This document shows positions 21,067 to 33,400 of a stretch of 64,000 bases of DNA, piece by piece. Below the pieces are notes generated by a model that did not search any database, was not told where the DNA came from, and was given only the letters and a program-made list of their open reading frames with translations. The translations under genes were made by a program, and so were the position numbers. Source of the DNA: Eledone cirrhosa (lineage: Eukaryota). Position 1 is the first letter of the stretch. Every line of letters starts with the position of its first letter. The stretch spans positions 256,618,001-256,682,000 of the forward strand of contig OZ024741.1 of NCBI GenBank assembly GCA_964016885.1, given 5' to 3'.

Positions 21067-24000
21067 CTGACTTACGAGTGTTCTGACTTACGAGTGTTTC
21101 GGCTTACGAGTGTTTCGACTTACGAGTGTCGTGACTTACGAGTGTTTCGACTTACGAGCGTTCCGACTTACGAGTGTTTCGGCTTACGAATGTTCCGACT
21201 TACGAGTGTTTCGACTTACGAGTGTTTCGACTTACGAGCGTTTTGACTTACGAGTGTTTTGACTTACGGTGTTTCTGCTTACGAGTGTTTCGACTTACGA
21301 GTGTTAAGACTTACGGGTGTTTTGACATACGAGTGTTTCGACTTACGAGTGTTACGAGTGTTCTGACTTACGAGTGTTTCGACTTACGAGTGTTCTGACC
21401 TACGAGTGTTCTGACTTACGAGTGTTTCGACTTACGAGTGTTTTGACTTACGGGTGTTTCGACTTACGAGTGTTTCGACTTACGAGTGTTTCGAGTTACG
21501 GGTGTTTCGACTTACGAGTGTTTTGACTTACGAGTGTTAAGACTTACGGGTGTTTTGACATACGAGTGTTTCGATACGAGTGTTTCGACTTACGAGTGTT
21601 TTGACTTACGGGTGTTTTGACATACGAGTGTTTCGATACGAGTGTTTCGACTACGAGTGTTTCGACTTACGAGTGTTTCGGCTTACGAGTGTTTCGACAT
21701 ACGAGTGTTTCGACTTACGAGTGTTTTGACTTACGAGTGTTCTGACTTACGAGTGTTCTGACTTACGAGTGTTCTGACTTACGATTGTTCCGACTTACGA
21801 GTGTTTCGGCTTACGAGTGTTTCGGCTTACGAGTGTTTCGACTTACGAGTGTTTCGATTTACGAGTGTTTCGACTTACGAGTGCTTTGACTTACGGTGTT
21901 TCGGCTTACGAGTGTTTCGACTTACGAGTGTTTTGACTTACTGGTGTTTTGACATACGAGTGTTTCGATACAAGTGTTTCGACTTACGAGTGTTCTGACT
22001 TACGAGTGTTCTGACTTACGAGTGTTCTGACTTACGAGTGTTCTAACTTACGAGTGTTCTGACTTACGAGTGTTCTGACTTACGAGTGTTCCGACTTACG
22101 AGTGTTTCGGCTCACCAGTGTTTCGGCTTACGAGTGTTTCGACTTACGAAAATAACAAATAGACGCGGTTTCAAATCTCTATGCTTTTCAAATTCATTAC
22201 ATTAATCTTTATTTATACGTTTCGCTTTACGAGTGTTTCGACTTACGAGTGTTTCGACTTACGAGTGTTTCGGCTTACGATTGTTTTGCTTACGTGTGTT
22301 TTGACTTACGGGTGTTTCGGCTTACGAGTGTTTCGACTTACGAGTGTTCTGACTTACGAGTGTTCTGACTTACGAGTGTTTCGGCTTACGAGTGTTTCGA
22401 CTTACGAGTGTCGTGACTTACGAGTGTTTCGATTTACGAGCGTTCCGACTTACGAGTGTTTCGTCTTACGAATGTTCCGACTTACGAGTGTTTCGACTTA
22501 CGAGTGTTTCGACTTACGAGCGTTTTGACTTACGGTGTTTCTGCTTACGAGTGTTTCGACTTACGAGTGTTAAGACTTACGGGTGTTTTGACATACGAGT
22601 GTTTCGACTTACGAGTGTTACGAGTGTTCTGACTTACGAGTGTTTCGACTTACGAGTGTTCTGACCTACGAGTGTTCTGACTTACGTGTGTTTCGACTTA
22701 CGAGTGTTTTGACTTACGGGTGTTTCGACTTACGAGTGTTTCGACTTACGAGTGTTTCGAGTTACGGGTGTTTCGACTTACGAGTGTTTTGACTTACGAG
22801 TGTTAAGACTTACGGGTGTTTTGACATACGAGTGTTTCGATACGAGTGTTTCGACTTACGAGTGATTTGACTTACTGGTGTTTTGACATACGAGTGTTTC
22901 GATACGAGTGTTCTGACTTACGAGTGTTCTGACTTACGAGTGTTCTGACTTACGAGTGTTCTGTCTTACGAGTGTTCCGACTTACGAGTGATCTGACTTA
23001 CGAGTGTTCCTACTTACGAGTGTTTCGACTTACGAGTGTTTCGACTTGCGAGTGTTTCGACTTACGAATGTTCCGACTTACGAAAATAACAAATAGACGC
23101 GGTTTCAAATATCTATGCTTTTCAAATTCATTACATTAATCTTTATTTATACGTTTCGCTTTACGAGTGTTTCGGCGTACGAGTGTTTCGACTTACGAGT
23201 GTTTTAACTTACGGTTGTTTCGACTTACGCGTGTTTCGACTACGAATGTTCCGACTTACGAGTGTTTCGACTTACGAGTGTTTCGACTTACGAGTGCTTT
23301 GACTTACGAATGTTTTGACTTACTTCGACTTACGAGTGATCTGACTTACGAGTGTTCCTACTTACGAGTGTTTCGACTTACGAGTGTTTCGACTTGCGAG
23401 TGTTTCGACTTACGAGTGTTTCGACTTACGAAAATAACAAATAGACGCGGTTTCAAATCTCTATGCTTTTCAAATTCATTACATTAATCTTTATTTATAC
23501 GTTTCGCTTTACAAGTGTTTCGAGTTACGAGTGTTTCGACATACGAGTGATTCGGCTAACGAGTGTTTTGATTTACGAGTGTTTTGACTTACGGGTGCTT
23601 CGACTTACGCGTGTTTCGACTTACGAGTGTTTCGACTTACGAGTGTTTCGACTTACGATTGTTTCGGCTTACGAGGGTTTCGACTTACGAGTGTTCTGAC
23701 TACGAGTGTTCTGACTTACGTGTGTTCTGACTTACGAGTGTTCCGACTTACGAGTGTTTCGGCTTATGAGTGTTTCGACTTACAAGTGCTTCGACTTACG
23801 AGTGCTTCGGCTTACGGGTGTTTCGACTTACGAATGTTTTTGCTTACGAGTGTTTCGGCTTACGAGTGTTTCGGCTTATGAGTGTTTCGAATTACAAGTG
23901 TTTTGACTTACGGGTGTTTTGACATACGAGTGTTTCGATACGAGTGTTCTGACTTACGATTGTTTCCGCTTACAAGTGTTTCGGCTTACGAGTGTTTCGA

Positions 24001-27000
24001 CTTACTAATGTTTTTACTTACGAGTGTTTCGGTGTACGAGTGTTTCGACTTAAGGATGTTTCGACTTACGAGTGTTTCGACTTACGAGTGTTTCGACTTA
24101 CGAGTGTTTCGACTTACGCGTGTTTTGGCTTACGAATGTTTTGACTTACGGGTGTTTCGACTTACGGGTGTTTCGGCTTACGAGTGTTTCGACTTACGAG
24201 TGTTTTGACTTACGAGTGTTCTGACTTACGAGTGTTCTGACTTATGAGTGTTCCGACTTACGAGTGTTCCGACTTACGAGTGTTTTGACTTACGAGTGTT
24301 CTGACTTACGAGTGTTCTGACTTACGAGTGTTCCGACTTACGAGTGTTTCGGCTTACGGGTGTTTCGACGTACGAGTATTTTTGGCTTACGAGTGTTTCG
24401 ACTTACGAGTGTTTTGAATTACGATTGTTTCGGCTTACAAGTGTTTCGACTTACGAGTATTTCGACTTACGAGTGTTTTGACTTATGGGTGTTTTGACAT
24501 ACGAGTGTTTCGATACGAATGCTCTGACTTACGAGTGTTCTGACTTACGAGTGTTTCGGCTTACGAGTGTTTCGACTTACGAGTGTCGTGACTTACGAGT
24601 GTTTCGACTTACGAGCGTTCCGACTTACGAGTGTTTCGGCTTACGAATGTTCCGACTTACGAGTGTTTCGACTTACGAGTGTTTCGACTTACGAGCGTTT
24701 TGACTTACGAGTGTTTTGACTTACGGTGTTTCTGCTTACGAGTGTTTCGACTTACGAGTGTTAAGACTTACGGGTGTTTTGACATACGAGTGTTTCGACT
24801 TACGAGTGTTACGAGTGTTCTGACTTACGAGTGTTTCGACTTACGAGTGTTCTGACCTACGAGTGTTCTGACTTACGAGTGTTTCGACTTACGAGTGTTT
24901 TGACTTACGGGTGTTTCGACTTACGAGTGTTTCGACTTACGAGTGTTTCGAGTTACGGGTGTTTCGACTTACGAGTGTTTTGACTTACGAGTGTTAAGAC
25001 TTACGGGTGTTTTGACATACGAGTGTTTCGATACGAGTGTTTCGACTTACGAGTGTTTTGACTTACGGGTGTTTTGACATACGAGTGTTTCGATACGAGT
25101 GTTTCGACTACGAGTGTTTCGACTTACGAGTGTTTCGGCTTACGAGTGTTTCGACATACGAGTGTTTCGACTTACGAGTGTTTTGACTTACGAGTGTTCT
25201 GACTTACGAGTGTTCTGACTTACGAGTGTTCTGACTTACGATTGTTCCGACTTACGAGTGTTTCGGCTTACGAGTGTTTCGGCTTACGAGTGTTTCGACT
25301 TACGAGTGTTTCGATTTACGAGTGTTTCGACTTACGAGTGCTTTGACTTACGGTGTTTCGGCTTACGAGTGTTTCGACTTACGAGTGTTTTGACTTACTG
25401 GTGTTTTGACATACGAGTGTTTCGATACAAGTGTTTCGACTTACGAGTGTTCTGACTTACGAGTGTTCTGACTTACGAGTGTTCTGACTTACGAGTGTTC
25501 TAACTTACGAGTGTTCTGACTTACGAGTGTTCTGACTTACGAGTGTTCCGACTTACGAGTGTTTCGGCTCACCAGTGTTTCGGCTTACGAGTGTTTCGAC
25601 TTACGAAAATAACAAATAGACGCGGTTTCAAATCTCTATGCTTTTCAAATTCATTACATTAATCTTTATTTATACGTTTCGCTTTACGAGTGTTTCGACT
25701 TACGAGTGTTTCGACTTACGAGTGTTTCGGCTTACGATTGTTTTGACTTACGTGTGTTTTGACTTACGGGTGTTTCGGCTTACGAGTGTTTCGACTTACG
25801 AGTGTTCTGACTTACGAGTGTTCTGACTTACGAGTGTTTCGGCTTACGAGTGTTTCGACTTACGAGTGTCGTGACTTACGAGTGTTTCGATTTACGAGCG
25901 TTCCGACTTACGAGTGTTTCGTCTTACGAATGTTCCGACTTACGAGTGTTTCGACTTACGAGTGTTTCGACTTACGAGCGTTTTGACTTACGGTGTTTCT
26001 GCTTACGAGTGTTTCGACTTACGAGTGTTAAGACTTACGGGTGTTTTGACATACGAGTGTTTCGACTTACGAGTGTTACGAGTGTTCTGACTTACGAGTG
26101 TTTCGACTTACGAGTGTTCTGACCTACGAGTGTTCTGACTTACGTGTGTTTCGACTTACGAGTGTTTTGACTTACGGGTGTTTCGACTTACGAGTGTTTC
26201 GACTTACGAGTGTTTCGAGTTACGGGTGTTTCGACTTACGAGTGTTTTGACTTACGAGTGTTAAGACTTACGGGTGTTTTGACATACGAGTGTTTCGATA
26301 CGAGTGTTTCGACTTACGAGTGATTTGACTTACTGGTGTTTTGACATACGAGTGTTTCGATACGAGTGTTCTGACTTACGAGTGTTCTGACTTACGAGTG
26401 TTCTGACTTACGAGTGTTCTGTCTTACGAGTGTTCCGACTTACGAGTGATCTGACTTACGAGTGTTCCTACTTACGAGTGTTTCGACTTACGAGTGTTTC
26501 GACTTGCGAGTGTTTCGACTTACGAATGTTCCGACTTACGAAAATAACAAATAGACGCGGTTTCAAATATCTATGCTTTTCAAATTCATTACATTAATCT
26601 TTATTTATACGTTTCGCTTTACGAGTGTTTCGGCGTACGAGTGTTTCGACTTACGAGTGTTTTAACTTACGGTTGTTTCGACTTACGCGTGTTTCGACTA
26701 CGAATGTTCCGACTTACGAGTGTTTCGACTTACGAGTGTTTCGACTTACGAGTGCTTTGACTTACGAATGTTTTGACTTACTTCGACTTACGAGTGATCT
26801 GACTTACGAGTGTTCCTACTTACGAGTGTTTCGACTTACGAGTGTTTCGACTTGCGAGTGTTTCGACTTACGAGTGTTTCGACTTACGAAAATAACAAAT
26901 AGACGCGGTTTCAAATCTCTATGCTTTTCAAATTCATTACATTAATCTTTATTTATACGTTTCGCTTTACAAGTGTTTCGAGTTACGAGTGTTTCGACAT

Positions 27001-27885
27001 ACGAGTGATTCGGCTAACGAGTGTTTTGATTTACGAGTGTTTTGACTTACGGGTGCTTCGACTTACGCGTGTTTCGACTTACGAGTGTTTCGACTTACGA
27101 GTGTTTCGACTTACGATTGTTTCGGCTTACGAGGGTTTCGACTTACGAGTGTTCTGACTACGAGTGTTCTGACTTACGTGTGTTCTGACTTACGAGTGTT
27201 CCGACTTACGAGTGTTTCGGCTTATGAGTGTTTCGACTTACAAGTGCTTCGACTTACGAGTGCTTCGGCTTACGGGTGTTTTGACATACGAGTGTTTCGA
27301 TACGAGTGTTCTGACTTACGATTGTTTCCGCTTACAAGTGTTTCGGCTTACGAGTGTTTCGACTTACTAATGTTTTTACTTACGAGTGTTTCGGTGTACG
27401 AGTGTTTCGACTTAAGGATGTTTCGACTTACGAGTGTTTCGACTTACGAGTGTTTCGACTTACGAGTGTTTCGACTTACGCGTGTTTTGGCTTACGAATG
27501 TTTTGACTTACGGGTGTTTCGACTTACGGGTGTTTCGGCTTACGAGTGTTTCGACTTACGAGTGTTTTGACTTACGAGTGTTCTGACTTACGAGTGTTCT
27601 GACTTATGAGTGTTCCGACTTACGAGTGTTCCGACTTACGAGTGTTTTGACTTACGAGTGTTCTGACTTACGAGTGTTCTGACTTACGAGTGTTCCGACT
27701 TACGAGTGTTTCGGCTTACGGGTGTTTCGACGTACGAGTATTTTTGGCTTACGAGTGTTTCGACTTACGAGTGTTTTGAATTACGATTGTTTCGGCTTAC
27801 AAGTGTTTCGACTTACGAGTATTTCGACTTACGAGTGTTTTGACTTATGGGTGTTTTGACATACGAGTGTTTCGATACGAATGCT
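21067..27885 (+). repeat. Tandem duplication of a ~3457-bp unit; second copy has a ~96-bp (6-monomer) deletion near 27275
   Basis: Pairs 21174/24631 and 21801/25258 (offset 3457), 23167/26625 and 23463/26921 (offset 3458). Confidence 0.9.
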
Positions 27886-30490
27886 CTGACTTACGAGTGT
27901 TCTGACTTACGAGTGTTCTGACTTACGGGTGTTCTGACTTACGTGTGTTCCGACTTACGAGTGTTTCGGCTATGGTTGTTTCGACTTACGAGTGTTTCGA
28001 CTTACGAATGTTTTGGCTTACGAGTGTTTCGGCTTACGAGTGTTTCGACTTACGAATGTTTTGGCTTACGAGTGTTTCGGCTTGCGGGTGTTTCGACTTA
28101 TGATTGTTTCGACTTACGAGTGTTTTGACTTACGGTGTTTCGGCTTACGAGTTATTCGACATACGAGTGTTTCGACTTACGGGTGTTTCGACTTACGGGT
28201 GTTTCGACTTACGAGTGTTTCGACTTATGAGTGTTTCGACTTACGAGTGTTCTGACTTACGAGTGTTCTGACTTACGAGTGTTCCGACTTACGAGTGTTT
28301 AGGTTTACGAGTGTTTCGACACACGAGTGTTTTAACTTACGGGTGTTTCGACTTACGGTGTTTCGACTTACGAGTGTTTCGGCTTACGAGTGTTTCGACT
28401 TACTAATGTTTTTACTTACGAGTGTTTCGGTGTACGAGTGTTTCGACTTACGAGTGTTTCGACTTACGAGTGTTTCGACTTACGAGTGTTCTGACTTACG
28501 AGTGTTCTGACTTACGAGTGTTCTGACTTACGAGTGTTCCGACTTACGAGTGTTTCGACTTACGAGTGTTTTGACTTACGCGTGTTTCGACTTACGAGTG
28601 TTTCGACTTACGAGTGTTTCGACTTACAAATGTTCCGACTTACGAGTGTTTCGACTTATGAGTGTTTCGACTTATGAGTGTTTCGACTTACGAGTGTTCT
28701 GACTTACGCGTGTTTCGACTTACGAGTGTTTCGACTTACGAGTGTTTCGACTTACAAATGTTCCGACTTACGAGTGTTTCTACTTACGAGTGTTTCGGCT
28801 TACGAGTGTTTCGACTTACGAAAATAACATATAGACGCGGTTTCAAATATCTATGCTTTTGAAATTCATTACATTAATCTTTATTTATACGTTTCGCTTT
28901 ACGAGTGTTTCGGCGTACGAGTGTTTCGACTTACGAGTGTTTTAACTTACGGTTGTTTCGACTTACGCGTGTTTCGACTACGAATGTTCCGACTTACGAG
29001 TGTTTTGACTTACGAGTGTTCTGACTTACGAGTGTTCTGACTTACGAGTGTTCCGACTTACGAGTGTTTCGACTTACGAGTGTTTTGACTTACGCGTGTT
29101 TCGACTTACGAGTGTTTCGACTTACGAGTGTTTCGACTTACAAATGTTCCGACTTACGAGTGTTCTGACTTACGAGTGTTCCGACTTATGAGTGTTTCGA
29201 CTTACGAGTGTTTTGACTTACGAGTGTTCCGACTTACGAGTGTTTCGGCTTACGGGTGTTTCGACGTACGAGTATTTTTGGCTTACGAGTGTTTCGACTT
29301 ACGAGTGTTTTGAATTACGATTGTTTCGGCTTACAAGTGTTTCGACTTACGAGTATTTCGACTTACGAGTGTTTTGAAATATGGGTGTTTTGACATACGA
29401 GTGTTTCGATACGAATGCTCTGACTTACGAGTGTTCTGACTTACGAGTGTTCTGACTTACGGGTGTTCTGACTTACGTGTGTTCCGACTTACGAGTGTTT
29501 CGGCTATGGTTGTTTCGACTTACGAGTGTTTCGACTTACGAATGTTTTGGCTTACGAGTGTTTCGGCTTACGAGTGTTTCGACTTACGAATGTTTTGGCT
29601 TACGAGTGTTTCGGCTTGCGGGTGTTTCGACTTATGATTGTTTCGACTTACGAGTGTTTTGACTTACGGTGTTTCGGCTTACGAGTTATTCGACATACGA
29701 GTGTTTCGACTTACGGGTGTTTCGACTTACGGGTGTTTCGACTTACGAGTGTTTCGACTTATGAGTGTTTCGACTTACGAGTGTTCTGACTTACGAGTGT
29801 TCTGACTTACGAGTGTTCCGACTTACGAGTGTTTAGGTTTACGAGTGTTTCGACACACGAGTGTTTTAACTTACGGGTGTTTCGACTTACGGTGTTTCGA
29901 CTTACGAGTGTTTCGGCTTACGAGTGTTTCGACTTACTAATGTTTTTACTTACGAGTGTTTCGGTGTACGAGTGTTTCGACTTACGAGTGTTTCGACTTA
30001 CGAGTGTTTCGACTTACGAGTGTTCTGACTTACGAGTGTTCTGACTTACGAGTGTTCTGACTTACGAGTGTTCCGACTTACGAGTGTTTCGACTTACGAG
30101 TGTTTTGACTTACGCGTGTTTCGACTTACGAGTGTTTCGACTTACGAGTGTTTCGACTTACAAATGTTCCGACTTACGAGTGTTTCGACTTATGAGTGTT
30201 TCGACTTATGAGTGTTTCGACTTACGAGTGTTCTGACTTACGCGTGTTTCGACTTACGAGTGTTTCGACTTACGAGTGTTTCGACTTACAAATGTTCCGA
30301 CTTACGAGTGTTTCTACTTACGAGTGTTTCGGCTTACGAGTGTTTCGACTTACGAAAATAACATATAGACGCGGTTTCAAATATCTATGCTTTTGAAATT
30401 CATTACATTAATCTTTATTTATACGTTTCGCTTTACGAGTGTTTCGGCGTACGAGTGTTTCGACTTACGAGTGTTTTAACTTACGGTTGT
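27700..30490 (+). repeat. Tandem duplication of a 1534-bp unit
   Basis: Pairs 27943/29477, 28295/29829 and 28662/30196. Shared rare variants GGCTATGGTTG and TTTAGGTTTAC. Confidence 0.88.
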
Positions 30491-33400
30491 TTCGACTTAC
30501 GAGTGTTTTGACTTACGCGTGTTTCGACTTACGAGTGTTTCGACTTACGAGTGTTTCGACTTACAAATGTTCCGACTTACGAGTGTTCTGACTTACGAGT
30601 GTTCCGACTTATGAGTGTTTCGACTTACGAGTGTTTTGACTTACGAGTGTTCCGACTTACGAGTGTTTCGGCTTACGGGTGTTTCGACGTACGAGTATTT
30701 TTGGCTTACGAGTGTTTCGACTTACGAGTGTTTTGAATTACGATTGTTTCGGCTTACAAGTGTTTCGACTTACGAGTATTTCGACTTACGAGTGTTTCGA
30801 CTTACGAGTGTTCTGACTTACTAGTGTTCTGACTTATGAGTGTTCTGACTTACGAGTGTTCTGACTTACGAGTGTTCCGACTTACGAGTGTTTCGGCTTA
30901 CGAGTGTTTCGACTTACGAGTGTTTCGACTTACGAGTGTTTCGACTTACGAGTGTTTCGACTTACGAGTGTTTCGACTTACGAGTGTTTTGACTTACGGT
31001 GTTTCGGCTTACGAGTGTTTCGACTTACGAGTGTTTTGACTTACTGGTGTTTTGACATACGAGTGTTTCGATACGAGTGTTTCGACTTACGAGTGTTCTG
31101 ACTTACGAGTGTTCTGACTTACGAGTGTTCTAACTTACGAGTGTTCTGACTTACGAGTGTTCTGACTTACGAGTGTTCCGACTTACGAGTGTTTCGGCTC
31201 ACCAGTGTTTCGGCTTACGAGTGTTTCGACTTACGAAAATAACAAATAGACGCGGTTTCAAATCTCTATGCTTTTCATATTCATTACATTAATCTTTATT
31301 TATACGTTTCGCCTTACGAGTGTTTCGACTTACGAGTGTTTCGACTTACGAGTGTTTCGGCTTACGATTGTTTTGACTTACGAGTGTTTTGACTTACGAG
31401 TGTTTCGACTTACGAGTGTTCTGACTTACGAGTGTTCTGACTTACGAGTGTTCCGACTTACGAGTGTTTCGACTTACGAGTGTTTCGACTTACGAGTGTT
31501 TCGACTTACGAGTGTTTCTACTTACGAGTGTTTCGGCTTACGAGTGTTTCGACTTACGAGTGTTCTGACTTACGAGTGTTCTGACTTACGAGTGTTCTGA
31601 CTTACGAGTGTTCCGACTTACGAGTGTTTCGACTTACGAGTGTTTTGACTTACGCGTGTTTCGACTTACGAGTGTTTCGACTTACGAGTGTTTCGACTTA
31701 CAAATGTTCCGACTTACGAGTGTTTCGACTTACGAGTGTTTCGACTTATGAGTGTTTCGACTTACGAGTGTTCTGACTTACGCGTGTTTCGACTTACGAG
31801 TGTTTCGACTTACGAGTGTTTCGACTTACAAATGTTCCGACTTACGAGTGTTTCTACTTACGAGTGTTTCGGCTTACGAGTGTTTCGACTTACGAAAATA
31901 ACATATAGACGCGGTTTCAAATATCTATGCTTTTGAAATTCATTACATTAATCTTTATTTATACGTTTCGCTTTACGAGTGTTTCGGCGTACGAGTGTTT
32001 CGACTTACGAGTGTTTTAACTTACGGTTGTTTCGACTTACGCGTGTTTCGACTACGAATGTTCCGACTTACGAGTGTTTTGACTTACGAGTGTTCTGACT
32101 TACGAGTGTTCTGACTTACGAGTGTTCCGACTTACGAGTGTTTCGACTTACGAGTGTTTTGACTTACGCGTGTTTCGACTTACGAGTGTTTCGACTTACG
32201 AGTGTTTCGACTTACAAATGTTCCGACTTACAAGTGTTCTGACTTACGAGTGTTCCGACTTATGAGTGTTTCGACTTACGAGTGTTTTGACTTACGAGTG
32301 TTCCGACTTACCAGTGTTTCGGCTTACGGGTGTTTCGACGTACGAGTATTTTTGGCTTACGAGTGTTTCGACTTACGAGTGTTTTGAATTACGATTGTTT
32401 CGGCTTACAAGTGTTTCGACTTACGAGTATTTCGATTTACGAGTGTTTCGACTTACGAGTGTTCTGACTTACTAGTGTTCTGACTTATGAGTGTTCTGAC
32501 TTACGAGTGTTCTGACTTACGAGTGTTCCGACTTACGAGTGTTTCGGCTTACGAGTGTTTCGACTTACGAGTGTTTCGACTTACGAGTTTTTCGACTTAC
32601 GAGTGTTTCGACTTACGAGTGTTTCGACTTACGAGTGTTTTGACTTACGGTGTTTCGGCTTACGAGTGTTTCGACTTACGAGTGTTTTGACTTACTGGTG
32701 TTTTGACATACGAGTGTTTCGATACGAGTGTTTCGACTTACGAGTGTTCTGACTTACGAGTGTTCTGACTTACGAGTGTTCTAACTTACGAGTGTTCTGA
32801 CTTACGAGTGTTCTGACTTACGAGTGTTCCGACTTACGAGTGTTTCGGCTCACCAGTGTTTCGGCTTACGAGTGTTTCGACTTACGAGTGTTTCGACTTA
32901 CGAGTGTTTCGGCTTACGATTGTTTTGACTTACGAGTGTTTTGACTTACGGGTGTTTCGGCTTACGTGTGTTTTGACTTACGGGTGTTTTGACATACGAG
33001 TGTTTCGATACGAGTGTTCTGACTTACGAGTGTTCTGACTTACGAGTGTTCTGACATACGTGTGTTCTGACTTACGAGTGTTCCGATTTACGAGTGTTTC
33101 GGCTTATGAGTGTTTCGACTTACGAATGTTTTTGTTTACGGGTGTTTCGACTTACGAATGTTTTTGCTTACGAGTGTTTCGGCTTACGAGTGTTTCGACT
33201 TACGAAAATAACAAATAGACGTGGTTTCAAATCTCTATGCTTTTCAAATTCATTACATTAATCTTTATTTACACGTTTCGCTTTACGAGTGTTTCGACTT
33301 ACGAGTGTTTCGACTTACGAGTGTTTCGACTTACGAGTGTTTTGACTTACGAGTGTTCTGACTTACGAGTGTTCTGACTTACGAGTGTTCCGACTTACGA

